DNA of 64,000 nt from Nibricoccus sp. (GTDB lineage Bacteria; Verrucomicrobiota; Verrucomicrobiia; Opitutales; Opitutaceae): NCBI GenBank assembly GCA_047602425.1, contig JASGHG010000001.1, positions 1,728,001 through 1,792,000 on the forward strand. Direction: 5' to 3'. Of this stretch, positions 9,671 to 19,449 are shown in pieces (the first letter of the stretch is position 1; each line of letters begins with the position of its first letter). The notes under the pieces are model-generated. The model saw nothing but the letters and a program-made list of their open reading frames with translations, searched no databases and had not been told where the DNA came from. Made by a program: the position numbers and the translations under genes.

Positions 9671-12600
9671 ATGAAAGCATTCAAGGTCCTTGCTTTGGCG
9701 TTCACGTTTGTCGCTGCCTCCCTCATCGCGCCCGCACGCGCCGAAGCCGCCACAGCGCTGATGGAGAATCTCAACCGCGGAGTTGTTGCCGTGCGCACTT
9801 CCTCGACCAGCGCTTTCGTCAGTTGGCGCATGCTTGGCACCGACAGCGCCGGCGTGGAATTCAATCTCTACCGGTCAACGGGTGGCGGAACCGCCGTTCT
9901 CCTCACAGGTACGCCTCCCACGAGCGCAACCTGCTTCGCTGATACCACAGCGGATTTCACGCTGGCCAATGCCTATTATGTCCGCCCTGTCATCAGCGGA
10001 ATCGAGCAAGCTCCCAGCGAAACCTACACGCTCGCTGCAAATGCCTCGGTTCAACAATACCTGCGCGTTCCCCTCCAGATTCCCGCCGGCCTGACGATGC
10101 CCGACAGCACCACTTGCACGTACAGTGCCAATGATTGCTCGGTCGGCGATCTCGATGGCGACGGCGAATACGAGATCATCGTCAAATGGGATCCCTCCAA
10201 TTCCAAGGACAACTCCCAAAGCGGCTACACTGGCAACGTTTACCTCGACGCCTACAAACTCAATGGCACACAGCTCTGGCGCATCGACCTTGGCGTCAAC
10301 ATCCGCGCCGGCGCTCACTACACGCAATTCATGGTTTATGACCTCGATGGCGATGGCAAAGCCGAGGTCGCCTGCCGCACCGCCGAAGGGTCGAAGGGCG
10401 CTGACAACAACTATGTCGCCGCACCGGCCAAATTCTCCGGCACGCCGCCCTCCACGCTCGACCACACCGCCGATCGCCGGAACACCGGCGGTTACATCCT
10501 TGGGGGCGCCGAATTTCTCACGATCTTCAATGGCCAGACCGGCACCGAGCTGACTTCAACCAACTACAACCCCCAACGCTATCCCGGCAACCTCTTTCCC
10601 ACCACCGCCCAGATCAATGCCCTCTGGGGCGACGACTATGGCAACCGCATCGACCGCTTCCTGGCCTGCGTGGCATATCTCGACGGCCAGCGGCCCAGCT
10701 TGGTGATGTGCCGTGGTTATTACACCCGCACCGCGCTCGTCGCCTACGACTACCGCAACGGAACCCTCACCCAGCGCTGGATCTTCGACACCAACCCGGA
10801 CGGCGCCACCGCCACGACCTGGGCGAACTATCGCGGCCAGGGTCATCACAATCTGTCCGTCGCCGATGTCGACGGCGACGGTCGCGACGAAATCGTCTAC
10901 GGTTCCTGCACGATCGACGACGACGGACGAGGGCTCTATTCGACCTTGCTGGGCCACGGCGACGCCATCCATGTTTCCGATCTCGATCCGAATCGCCCGG
11001 GCCTTGAAGTCTGGGTGTGTCACGAGGATGTCGCGGGCAACGGCAACCGCGGCCACACGTTTCGCGACGCCGCCACGGGCACGGTAATTTTCTCCAAACC
11101 TTCCACCGACGACACCGGTCGATGCATGACCGCTGACATTGATCCCGCCTATCCTGGCTTTGAAATGTGGGGTGCACGCTCCAACGTCGTCACCGTTTCC
11201 GGAACCGATATCTCCACCACAAAGCCTTCGCAGAACTTCGGCATCTGGTGGGATGGCGATCTTTCCCGCGAACTCCTCGACAACGTCACCATCTCCAAAT
11301 GGAACCCCGCCACCACCTCGGCCTCCGCCGTGCTTTCCCCTAGCGGAGTCGCCTCCAACAACTCCACCAAGGCCACGCCCAATCTTTCCGCGGACATTTT
11401 CGGCGATTGGCGCGAAGAGGTCGTCTGGCGCGAAACCGACAGCTCCGCTCTCCGCATCTATACCACCACGGCGCCGACCGCCACGCGCCTCTACACCTTG
11501 ATGCACAATCGGCAATACCGTGAGTCCATCGCCTGGCAAAATGTCGCTTACAACCAACCACCGTATCCAAATTATTTTCTCGGCAATGGCATGTCCACGC
11601 CGCCGCAGCCCGACATCGTCACCAGCATTGCCAGCCTGCCCGCCACTGCTCCCGCCGCCGTCGCCATCAATCGCTACGATCCTGCCACCAGTTCCACCGG
11701 CGCCACGAGCATGATCTTCCGCGTGTCGTTCAATACGGCTGTCACCGGTGTCGACATCCCCGATTTCACTTTCACCACGACCGGCACCGTCACGGGAACT
11801 ATAACCAGTGTCACCGCCCAGAGCACCACCACCTACGATGTGCTCGTGTCGTCCATCACCGGCGTTGGCACCGCCCGTCTCGACCTCAACGCCACCGGCA
11901 CCGGTATCGCGAGCAGCGTGGGCGGAGTCGCGATTTCCGGCGGCTTCACCGGCGGCGAGACCTATACCCGCGTCGTCCTCGCCTGGCTTTCCACCGCGCC
12001 TTCCGGCGGCGTTTGGAGCACCGCAACCAACTGGGATGGAGGCGTCATTCCCGACGGTGTTGGAGCGGCTCCCATCTTCGGCAACTACGACGTCCCCGCC
12101 AATACCACGGTTGCACTCGACACACCTCGCACACTTTCCGGTTTGACCTTTGGCGATACCAATACCGCCACACCGGCGAGCTGGGCGATTAACAACAATT
12201 CCACAGATACAAATATCCTGACCCTCGATGTCACGAGCGGCGCACCAACTCTGACCGTCAATACCCTTGGCGCCGGAGCGACCGCCACCGTGGACGCGGT
12301 ACTCGCGGGCACCGATGGCCTCACCAAAGCCGGTACAGGAACGCTCGTCCTTACCAAGCCCAACTCCCTTTCCGGTCCCCTGACGGTAAGTGCCGGAACC
12401 CTCCGGCTCGGCGCGGGGGGCGCATTAACCTCCGGCACCGTCAGTCTACCGTCGGGCAGCACACTGAACGTTGCGGGCGGCTCGCTCACCACCACCGGCC
12501 TCGTCACCGCCGCCGCGGGCACGCTCAGCATCGACAGCGGCACCGTTGCCTTCAATGCCGGTTACCGAACCAATTCAACCAGCGCAACCACGCTTCGCCT

Positions 12601-15313
12601 CAACGGCGGCGCCCTCACCGCCAACGACATCAACATGCGCCGCACCAGCGCCGCGACGATTGACTTTACCACCGGCTTCATTGCAGCCGGCGGCACGGCC
12701 AACATCGGCACGCTTTCGCTCGGCACCGACAACTCCAATGCCGCCATGTCCGTCGAAGGCGGCGCCGTCACTGTAACCGGCCCCATCGTCGTCGGGTTCC
12801 AAAGCAGCGTTGGACGCGGCGGCGGCCTGCGCGTTCTCAGCGGTTCCCTCACCAGCACGGACACCGCCTATGGCATCGCGCTCACCCGCACCTCGGGCAA
12901 TGTCACTGTCGCGAACTTTTCCGGCGGGATCACCACTGCGGAAAAAATCACCTTGGGGTACAGCTCCTCGGTTATCGCGGGTTCCGCCACACTTACGCTT
13001 TCGGGCGGCGAACTATACCTTGGCTCTGGCGGCTTGGTCATGAACGGCGTCGCTCCCTTCGCGGCCACGATCAATCTTTCCGGCGGTACCCTCGGTGCAA
13101 AAGCGGCCTGGTCCACCAGCCTGCCTGCCGTCCTCGCCAACACCACAACCATCAAAACCGCCAACGCGGCCAATGCGGCCTTCGATATCACGCTCGGCGG
13201 CGCTTTGAGCGGCACCGGCGGCCTCGCCAAGGCCGGCACGGGCCTGCTTACCCTCTCGGCCATCAATACGTTTACCGGAGCCGTCGACATCAACGCTGGC
13301 ACGCTTGCCGTCACGGGTGCGACAAGCACCGCGAGTTCGGTCAACGTCAACGCCGGCGGCACGCTCGCCGGCACAGGCAACGCCGGCACCGTCGTGCTCG
13401 GCGGCGGCGGCACCGTTGCTCCTGGTCTCGCAGAAATAGGTACGTTGAGTGGTACGTCCCTCGTCTTCAACGGCGGCGGCCGCCTCGCGCTCGATCTCGG
13501 TGCATCCGGCACCTCAGACTCGCTCGCCCTCAGCGGCGCCCTCACCAAGGGCACGTCCGGCGCCTGCGAACTCGCCTTTAGCCCTGGCTCGAGATTTTTT
13601 ACTGGCAGCAGCTACACCATCGCCACCTACGGATCGACGAACTTCTCCGCCAGCGATTTCACCGTCACCGGCATGACAGGCTACACGCCCACGTTCAACG
13701 TCGGCGCCACAAGCCTCCAGGTCACCTTTACCATCACGCCACCCACCATAACCAGCGCCACCAGCATAGGCGGGACGATGGGCCAGACTTTCAACTTCGG
13801 TATCACCGGCACGAATACGCCCACCAGTTATTCCGCCAGCGGCCTGCCTTCCGGACTCACGCTTAACACCAGTACCGGCGTCATCACCGGTACGCCTACG
13901 GTTCCCGGCACGTACACGATCCAACTCTCCGCCACCAATGGCGGTGGCACCTCTTCCGTGACCGCCACCCTCACCGTCACGGAAAACGCCGCGCTCGTCA
14001 CGCTCTTCGGCTCTGCCGGCGCATCTGGAAATACCAATGGCACTGGCACCGCCGCCCGCTTCAACAATCCCAATGCCCTCGCCGTCGATGCCAGCGGTTT
14101 CATCTATGTTGCCGATACCGCCAACCATCTCGTTCGCAAAATCGGTCTCAACAATGCCGTCACCACCCTCGCAGGCTCGGGCTCGGCCGGTTCTGCCGAT
14201 GGCACTGGCGTCGCCGCCAGCTTTAGTTCCCCAGCCGCGCTCGTGCCGGACAACGCGGGCAATCTCTACCTAGCCGACACCGGCAATAATTCCATCCGCA
14301 AGATCGTGGTTTCCACCGGCGTCGTCACCACGCTCGCCACCGGTTTTAACGCTCCGGCCGGGCTCGCCTTGGATAACGGCAATCTCTACGTCGCCAACTC
14401 CGCCGGTCATACGATCAGCAAAATCGTGCTCTCCGGCCCCATAGTGACCACCCTTGCCGGTTCCGGCATGATCGGCTCGACCGATGCCACCGGGACCGCT
14501 GCCAGCTTCAATAGCCCGCGCGGCCTGGCGACCGACACCAATGGAAACCTCTACGTCGCCGACACCGGCAACAACATGATTCGCAAGGTTGTCCTTTCCA
14601 CCGGCGTCGTTACCACGACCGGCGGAGCCACCATTCTTGGCGGCACCGACGGCAATCTCACCCTCGCCCGGTTTAATGCCCCGCGTGCGCTCGCTCTCGA
14701 CGCCGCTGGACGTATTTACCTTGCGGATACGGCCAACCATACGCTTCGCAAGATTGTCTTGAGCAACGGCGCCGTCACCACCCTGGTCGGGCTACCCGGC
14801 GTCGCCGGCACGTCCGATGGGCTTGGCGCAGCCGCCCGTCTCAACAGCCCGTCCGGCATCGGCATCGATGTCACCGGAGATATTTACGTCGCCGATTCTG
14901 CCAATCATACGGTTCGCATCCTGCAAGTTGCCCCCGAAATCGTCACCCACCCGCAGAGCCAAACAGTGACTGCGGGCTCCAACGTTCAGTTCTCCACGGT
15001 CGTCACCGGCTCGCCAACTCCCACGCTTGAATGGAAGAAGGACGGCGTGGTGGTTCCCAATCCCGTCAGTTCCAGCGATACACGGTTTTCCGTCTCCAAT
15101 GTCACCGCAGCCAACGCCGGCAATTACACCGTAACCGCCACCAACGCCATGGGCTCCATCACCAGCAACGTCGCCACGCTCACCGTGACCACGCCCCCAA
15201 GTTCTTCCTCTTCCAGTTCGGGTGGCGGAGGCGGAGGAGGTGGCGGCGCTTTCGCCCCCTGGACTTTCCTGTTTGGCGCAATCCTCATCCTGCTCCGCGC
15301 GCGCCGGCGGTAG
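9671..15313 (+). CDS. Rhamnogalacturonan lyase (PL11, YesW/YesX-like) with Ig-like, autotransporter beta-strand, putative Ig, NHL and Ig domains and GlyGly-CTERM-like tail
   Basis: MENLNRGVVA, YSANDCSVGDLDGDGEYEIIVKWDP, NIRAGAHY, CRGYYTR, GQGHH, AWQNVAYNQPP; LTKAGTGTLVL repeats; YVADTxNxxIRK NHL repeats; S/G run + hydrophobic helix + RARRR. Confidence 0.9.
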   Translation: MKAFKVLALAFTFVAASLIAPARAEAATALMENLNRGVVAVRTSSTSAFVSWRMLGTDSAGVEFNLYRSTGGGTAVLLTGTPPTSATCFADTTADFTLANAYYVRPVISGIEQAPSETYTLAANASVQQYLRVPLQIPAGLTMPDSTTCTYSANDCSVGDLDGDGEYEIIVKWDPSNSKDNSQSGYTGNVYLDAYKLNGTQLWRIDLGVNIRAGAHYTQFMVYDLDGDGKAEVACRTAEGSKGADNNYVAAPAKFSGTPPSTLDHTADRRNTGGYILGGAEFLTIFNGQTGTELTSTNYNPQRYPGNLFPTTAQINALWGDDYGNRIDRFLACVAYLDGQRPSLVMCRGYYTRTALVAYDYRNGTLTQRWIFDTNPDGATATTWANYRGQGHHNLSVADVDGDGRDEIVYGSCTIDDDGRGLYSTLLGHGDAIHVSDLDPNRPGLEVWVCHEDVAGNGNRGHTFRDAATGTVIFSKPSTDDTGRCMTADIDPAYPGFEMWGARSNVVTVSGTDISTTKPSQNFGIWWDGDLSRELLDNVTISKWNPATTSASAVLSPSGVASNNSTKATPNLSADIFGDWREEVVWRETDSSALRIYTTTAPTATRLYTLMHNRQYRESIAWQNVAYNQPPYPNYFLGNGMSTPPQPDIVTSIASLPATAPAAVAINRYDPATSSTGATSMIFRVSFNTAVTGVDIPDFTFTTTGTVTGTITSVTAQSTTTYDVLVSSITGVGTARLDLNATGTGIASSVGGVAISGGFTGGETYTRVVLAWLSTAPSGGVWSTATNWDGGVIPDGVGAAPIFGNYDVPANTTVALDTPRTLSGLTFGDTNTATPASWAINNNSTDTNILTLDVTSGAPTLTVNTLGAGATATVDAVLAGTDGLTKAGTGTLVLTKPNSLSGPLTVSAGTLRLGAGGALTSGTVSLPSGSTLNVAGGSLTTTGLVTAAAGTLSIDSGTVAFNAGYRTNSTSATTLRLNGGALTANDINMRRTSAATIDFTTGFIAAGGTANIGTLSLGTDNSNAAMSVEGGAVTVTGPIVVGFQSSVGRGGGLRVLSGSLTSTDTAYGIALTRTSGNVTVANFSGGITTAEKITLGYSSSVIAGSATLTLSGGELYLGSGGLVMNGVAPFAATINLSGGTLGAKAAWSTSLPAVLANTTTIKTANAANAAFDITLGGALSGTGGLAKAGTGLLTLSAINTFTGAVDINAGTLAVTGATSTASSVNVNAGGTLAGTGNAGTVVLGGGGTVAPGLAEIGTLSGTSLVFNGGGRLALDLGASGTSDSLALSGALTKGTSGACELAFSPGSRFFTGSSYTIATYGSTNFSASDFTVTGMTGYTPTFNVGATSLQVTFTITPPTITSATSIGGTMGQTFNFGITGTNTPTSYSASGLPSGLTLNTSTGVITGTPTVPGTYTIQLSATNGGGTSSVTATLTVTENAALVTLFGSAGASGNTNGTGTAARFNNPNALAVDASGFIYVADTANHLVRKIGLNNAVTTLAGSGSAGSADGTGVAASFSSPAALVPDNAGNLYLADTGNNSIRKIVVSTGVVTTLATGFNAPAGLALDNGNLYVANSAGHTISKIVLSGPIVTTLAGSGMIGSTDATGTAASFNSPRGLATDTNGNLYVADTGNNMIRKVVLSTGVVTTTGGATILGGTDGNLTLARFNAPRALALDAAGRIYLADTANHTLRKIVLSNGAVTTLVGLPGVAGTSDGLGAAARLNSPSGIGIDVTGDIYVADSANHTVRILQVAPEIVTHPQSQTVTAGSNVQFSTVVTGSPTPTLEWKKDGVVVPNPVSSSDTRFSVSNVTAANAGNYTVTATNAMGSITSNVATLTVTTPPSSSSSSSGGGGGGGGGAFAPWTFLFGAILILLRARRR

Positions 15314-15340
15314 TCCCCAACCAATCCACGTTCTCCACTT

Positions 15341-15367
15341 AAAGGACGGCCCCGGGTCGTCCTTTTT
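15341..15367 (+). terminator. Intrinsic terminator, possibly bidirectional
   Basis: aaaggacggcc / ggtcgtccttt stem followed by T-run, just after the PL11 stop. Confidence 0.6.
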
Positions 15368-15486
15368 GGCGTTTTTGTGCCTTTTGAGGACCATTCGCGG
15401 AGAATTTTACCATTGGATCGGAACGAGTGTCCTGCCAGCCTGTCCAGCGGAGTCGCATCACCCATCCCGCAACAACACCCGCTTTT

Positions 15487-16197
15487 ATGCTATCCCGCCT
15501 TCTCATCATCGCGTCACTCGCCTTTACGCTCTTCCAAGCAGGCTGCGCCAGCCAACACAGCATGGCTACCCTCGACGAAAAGTCCGCGGCCAAGCCCACC
15601 AAGGCTGTCTACCTGCTCACCGTCACGCTCAAAAACAGCTTCGTCCCCGCCTACCAACCCAAGCTCGAATCGCTGAAGCTTCAGAAGTTGGTCCAATCCG
15701 AATATCCCGTCATCCAGATTCACAACGTCGACCATCTGGGTAAAAACGAAACACTCTCTCCCGCCACGGGCAACAGCTACCTCGTCCGGCTCGAACTCGA
15801 ACCCGGCGAGTACCGCCTCCTCGGCCTCAACAGCGTCGGCCAATCGATGTTCATCACCAGCCCGTATTTCACGCCGATCCTCGGCCGCATTTCCGTCCGC
15901 GAGCCCGGCTTTTTCTACCTCGGCCACATCGATGCCACCATCCGCGAACGCAAAAGCGAAGAGTTCCACGCCGGCGGTCTTTTGCCGACCCAAGAACAAC
16001 GCCTAACCGGCGGCTTCGGCGGGACGTGGGATATTTCGATTGTCGACCAATGGGCCGAAGACCAGGGCAGGTTCCAAAACCGTTTTCCCGCTCTCGCCAA
16101 GGCCAGCGTGCAAAAAGCTACACTCACTCCTTTCAACCGCGGCAGCGCCCAGGCTTGGTGGGACTTCAACAACTTCAAGGAAGTACCGAACCAATAG
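15487..16197 (+). CDS. Hypothetical lipoprotein
   Basis: MLSRLLIIASLAFTLFQAGC lipobox-type leader; LEPGEYRL and FFYLGHI beta-sandwich-like motifs. Confidence 0.65.
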   Translation: MLSRLLIIASLAFTLFQAGCASQHSMATLDEKSAAKPTKAVYLLTVTLKNSFVPAYQPKLESLKLQKLVQSEYPVIQIHNVDHLGKNETLSPATGNSYLVRLELEPGEYRLLGLNSVGQSMFITSPYFTPILGRISVREPGFFYLGHIDATIRERKSEEFHAGGLLPTQEQRLTGGFGGTWDISIVDQWAEDQGRFQNRFPALAKASVQKATLTPFNRGSAQAWWDFNNFKEVPNQ

Positions 16198-16218
16198 TAC
16201 TTCGCCAACTCGACTTTC

Positions 16219-16255
16219 AAAAGCGCCGCGTCTGCAAAGGCCGGCGCTTTTTTTT
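16219..16255. terminator. Bidirectional intrinsic terminator
   Basis: aaaagcgccg...cggcgctttttttt between convergent genes. Confidence 0.65.
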
Positions 16256-16314
16256 GCCGCAGCTGGACGGTTGCTCCGAGAGACCCTATCGCCAAAAGCG
16301 CACCGTCGTTCTGA

Positions 16315-16788
16315 CTAGGGCTTTTTCTCCTTCTCGTCGGCACGCTGAAACTTCTTGTGGCCTTCCTTCTGCAAGGAACGCATCTCTCCCACCAATTTCG
16401 CCGCGCCGGCATTGTCTCCGGCTTTCAGCGCCGCTTCGAGTTTTTCCAAAGTGGTGGCGAAATCCTTCATGCTTTTCTGAAATTCCGCGGTGAATTTGGC
16501 ACGATCCTCTTCCGGCAAATCCTGCGTCTTGGCCGGCGTGAGTTGCGATGCCGCGACCGCCGCGGTGTACATCTTTTGCACGAGCGCGATCGACTCCTCG
16601 TTCTTGCTGGCATCCTGAACCTGTCCGCGCAGCTTGCGAAACGCTCCGCCCATTTCGTCCATTTTGCCTTCCAGCTCCGTTTCGGCTTTGTGCTCTTTTC
16701 TTGGTTCTTTTTTCGGTTCCTGGGCGTGAACCGTCAGGCTAAATGGCAGGGACAAGCTTACAGCTAACAATAGATTTTTGATTTTCAT
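16315..16788 (-). CDS. Cytochrome b562 family protein
   Basis: Signal peptide; helical body with N-terminal Met (ELEGKMDEM) and C-terminal His (KEGHKKF) at heme-ligand-like positions. Confidence 0.75.
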   Translation of the reverse strand: MKIKNLLLAVSLSLPFSLTVHAQEPKKEPRKEHKAETELEGKMDEMGGAFRKLRGQVQDASKNEESIALVQKMYTAAVAASQLTPAKTQDLPEEDRAKFTAEFQKSMKDFATTLEKLEAALKAGDNAGAAKLVGEMRSLQKEGHKKFQRADEKEKKP

Positions 16789-16963
16789 AGGGAGTTGAAG
16801 TGGAGCGACAGATTCGAACGCAACACGGTGACCGCGCCGCCCCGCGGTGCAACGCGACTGGAGATTTTTTGGCCAATATTTTTCCGTCGCACCGGCTTGC
16901 GTCCTGGCAACGCTTCGTGACGAGACATTTGATTTTTCCGCAAAATCCGTGTTTCCAACTTCT

Positions 16964-19189
16964 GTGGCTCAACCTCCTTCGCTTTCCTCCGATTCGCTCG
17001 CCGGCGTGCTCGAGCGCATCATTTTTCTCAACGAGGAGAACCATTATACCATCGCAGAATTCCGTCGCGACGACAACGGCCAGAAAACCACCATCATCGG
17101 CGCACTTCCTGGCGCACAGTGCGGCGAAACCCTTCAGCTGCGCGGCCAATGGACGAAGCACGCGCAGCATGGCGATCAGTTCAAGGTCGAATCCTTCAAA
17201 GCCGAGCTCCCGTCTAGCGTGTATGGAATCCGCAAATACCTCGGCAGCGGCCTCGTCCAGGGCATCGGCAAAGTTTACGCCAACAAAATCGTCGACGCCT
17301 TTGGCACCGAGACCTTCCGAATCCTCAGTGAAGAATCCGCCCGACTGCGTTCCGTGCCCGGCATCGGCAAGGTCCGCGCCTCAGCGATTAAAAAAGCTTG
17401 GGACGATCAGCGCGCCCTTCGCGAAATCCACATTTTCCTCCAAACCTATGGTGTCACCACCTCGCAGTGCGTGAAGCTCGTGCAGCGTTACGGCGCCGAG
17501 GCCAAACAGATTCTGCTCCGCGAACCTTACCGCGTTGCCCGCGAAATCGACGGCATCGGCTTCAAAACCGCCGACAAAATCGCCATCAATCTCGGTTTCG
17601 CCAACGACGCCCCGCCCCGCCTCGACGCCGGCCTGCTCTTCGCGATGGATTCGCTGCAGGAGGAAGGTCACACCGCCGTCCGCGAGAGCGATCTCGTCGA
17701 GTACGCCGCGCCGATGCTCGAAACCGCCGCCAGCCTGCTCGAAGCCCGCATCCGCGCCCTTGTCGAGACTAACCAATTGATATGTCACTGGCCTCCCGAT
17801 GTCGCCAATCCCCTTCCCGGCTCCGGCTTGCTCCAATTGCCGGCGCTCGATCGCGCCGAGCAGAAAATCGCCGCCACGATCCATCGCCTTGGCAAGGTCT
17901 TCAGTTGCCTGCCGCCGATTAAAATCGACGCCGCCGTCCAGTGGGCCGAGCAAAAAGCAGGCTTCGCGTTCGCCGACCAGCAACGTTCCGCCCTTAAAAA
18001 CGCTCTCGCCCACAAAGTCTCCGTGCTCACCGGCGGTCCCGGCACGGGCAAGACCACCATTCTCCGCGCACTCGTCGACATCCTCAAAGCCAAGAAAGTC
18101 CGCGTTCATCTCGCCGCTCCGACCGGTCGCGCCGCACAACGCCTTTCCGAAACCACCGGCGGTTTCGCCTCAACCATTCACCGTCTCCTAAAATACGATC
18201 CGGCCAAGGGTGGCTTCAGCTCCAACGAAAATACCCCGCTATCCACCGATTTCCTCATCGTCGACGAAGCCTCGATGCTCGACACCCGGCTCGCCGCGTC
18301 GCTGCTGCAAGCCGTGCCGTCGCGCGCCCACTTGCTGCTCGTCGGCGACATCGATCAGCTTCCCTCCGTTGGCGCCGGCAACGTTCTCAAGGATCTGATC
18401 GCCACGGAGCAGGTTCCCGTCACTCGCCTTACCGTCATCTATCGCCAAAAAGAACAAAGTCAGATCGTCGTCACCGCCCACGCGATCAACGCCGGCGATC
18501 CGTCGCTCCCGCCCGCCGTCAACGACCTCGCCAGCATTCAGGTCTGGAACGATCTCACCTTCGTCATCGCGGATTCCGCCGAGGACGCGGTGGCCAAGAC
18601 CATCGCCCTTTGCACCGAACACATCCCGCGCCTCTGGAAATGGTTCGACCCCGTCCGCGACGTGCAGGTGCTCGCCCCGATGCACAAAGGCACTGCCGGC
18701 GTGGGAAACCTAAACCAACAATTACAGGCAAGCTTCAATGCCCACGCCCGCGGTTTGCGCGGACCTGCCGGCGAGTTTCGCGCTGGCGACAAGGTCATTC
18801 AACTGCGCAACAACTACGACAAAAACCTCTTCAACGGCGACATCGGCACCATCGCATCGGTCGACGCCGAGGAGGGCACGCTGGTCGCCAATTTCGACGG
18901 CGAATCGCATACGTTCGTCCGCGGCGAACTCAGCGAACTCGCCCTCGCCTACGCCGTCAGCATTCACAAAAGCCAGGGTTCCGAATACCCGGTCGTCATC
19001 GTGCCTCTCCTCAAGGCGCATTTCATGATGCTTCAGCGCAATCTGATCTACACCGCGATCACGCGCGGAAAGAAAAAAGTCTTCCTCGTGGGCGAACCCG
19101 CCGCCTATGCCATGGCCGTGCGCAACGCCGAGTCGAAGCAACGCACCACCCACCTGCGCGAAAAAATCACCGCACCGCCACCGCAATAA
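16964..19189 (+). CDS. recD2: RecD2-type ATP-dependent DNA helicase
   Basis: N-terminal ERIIF..EENHYTI, HhH GIG motifs, GGPGTGKT, APTGRAA, IVDEASM, VGDIDQLPSVG, YAVSIHKSQGSE, YTAITR; start codon uncertain. Confidence 0.93.
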   Translation: MAQPPSLSSDSLAGVLERIIFLNEENHYTIAEFRRDDNGQKTTIIGALPGAQCGETLQLRGQWTKHAQHGDQFKVESFKAELPSSVYGIRKYLGSGLVQGIGKVYANKIVDAFGTETFRILSEESARLRSVPGIGKVRASAIKKAWDDQRALREIHIFLQTYGVTTSQCVKLVQRYGAEAKQILLREPYRVAREIDGIGFKTADKIAINLGFANDAPPRLDAGLLFAMDSLQEEGHTAVRESDLVEYAAPMLETAASLLEARIRALVETNQLICHWPPDVANPLPGSGLLQLPALDRAEQKIAATIHRLGKVFSCLPPIKIDAAVQWAEQKAGFAFADQQRSALKNALAHKVSVLTGGPGTGKTTILRALVDILKAKKVRVHLAAPTGRAAQRLSETTGGFASTIHRLLKYDPAKGGFSSNENTPLSTDFLIVDEASMLDTRLAASLLQAVPSRAHLLLVGDIDQLPSVGAGNVLKDLIATEQVPVTRLTVIYRQKEQSQIVVTAHAINAGDPSLPPAVNDLASIQVWNDLTFVIADSAEDAVAKTIALCTEHIPRLWKWFDPVRDVQVLAPMHKGTAGVGNLNQQLQASFNAHARGLRGPAGEFRAGDKVIQLRNNYDKNLFNGDIGTIASVDAEEGTLVANFDGESHTFVRGELSELALAYAVSIHKSQGSEYPVVIVPLLKAHFMMLQRNLIYTAITRGKKKVFLVGEPAAYAMAVRNAESKQRTTHLREKITAPPPQ

Positions 19190-19449
19190 AGCTTCTCTCC
19201 CGTAAACCATTATCGCGTTTATTCGGAACAAGACGCGACCATCCACAGCACGAGGAAACGTCCGCCGTGTCCTCCTCGAAACTCCGAAATGTCCGGGCGC
19301 AGGAGTGGATACGAAACTTAATTCACCACTTCAGCTTTCCCTAATACCCACCCATCGTCGAAAAATGTGGTCAACATCCGTACGAAATCGTCTCAGAGTA
19401 GATTTGCTTATTAGAGACATTTACCAACTGACGTCCCCAAAAATCACCC

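Noticed and set aside
8689..9942. 417-aa plus-strand ORF
   Set aside because: Antisense to the Gfo/Idh/MocA gene and off-frame to PL11; no motifs.
12300..13500. PL11 protein as a classical autotransporter
   Set aside because: Passenger-type repeats are present but the C-terminus is a single TM anchor, not a beta-barrel.
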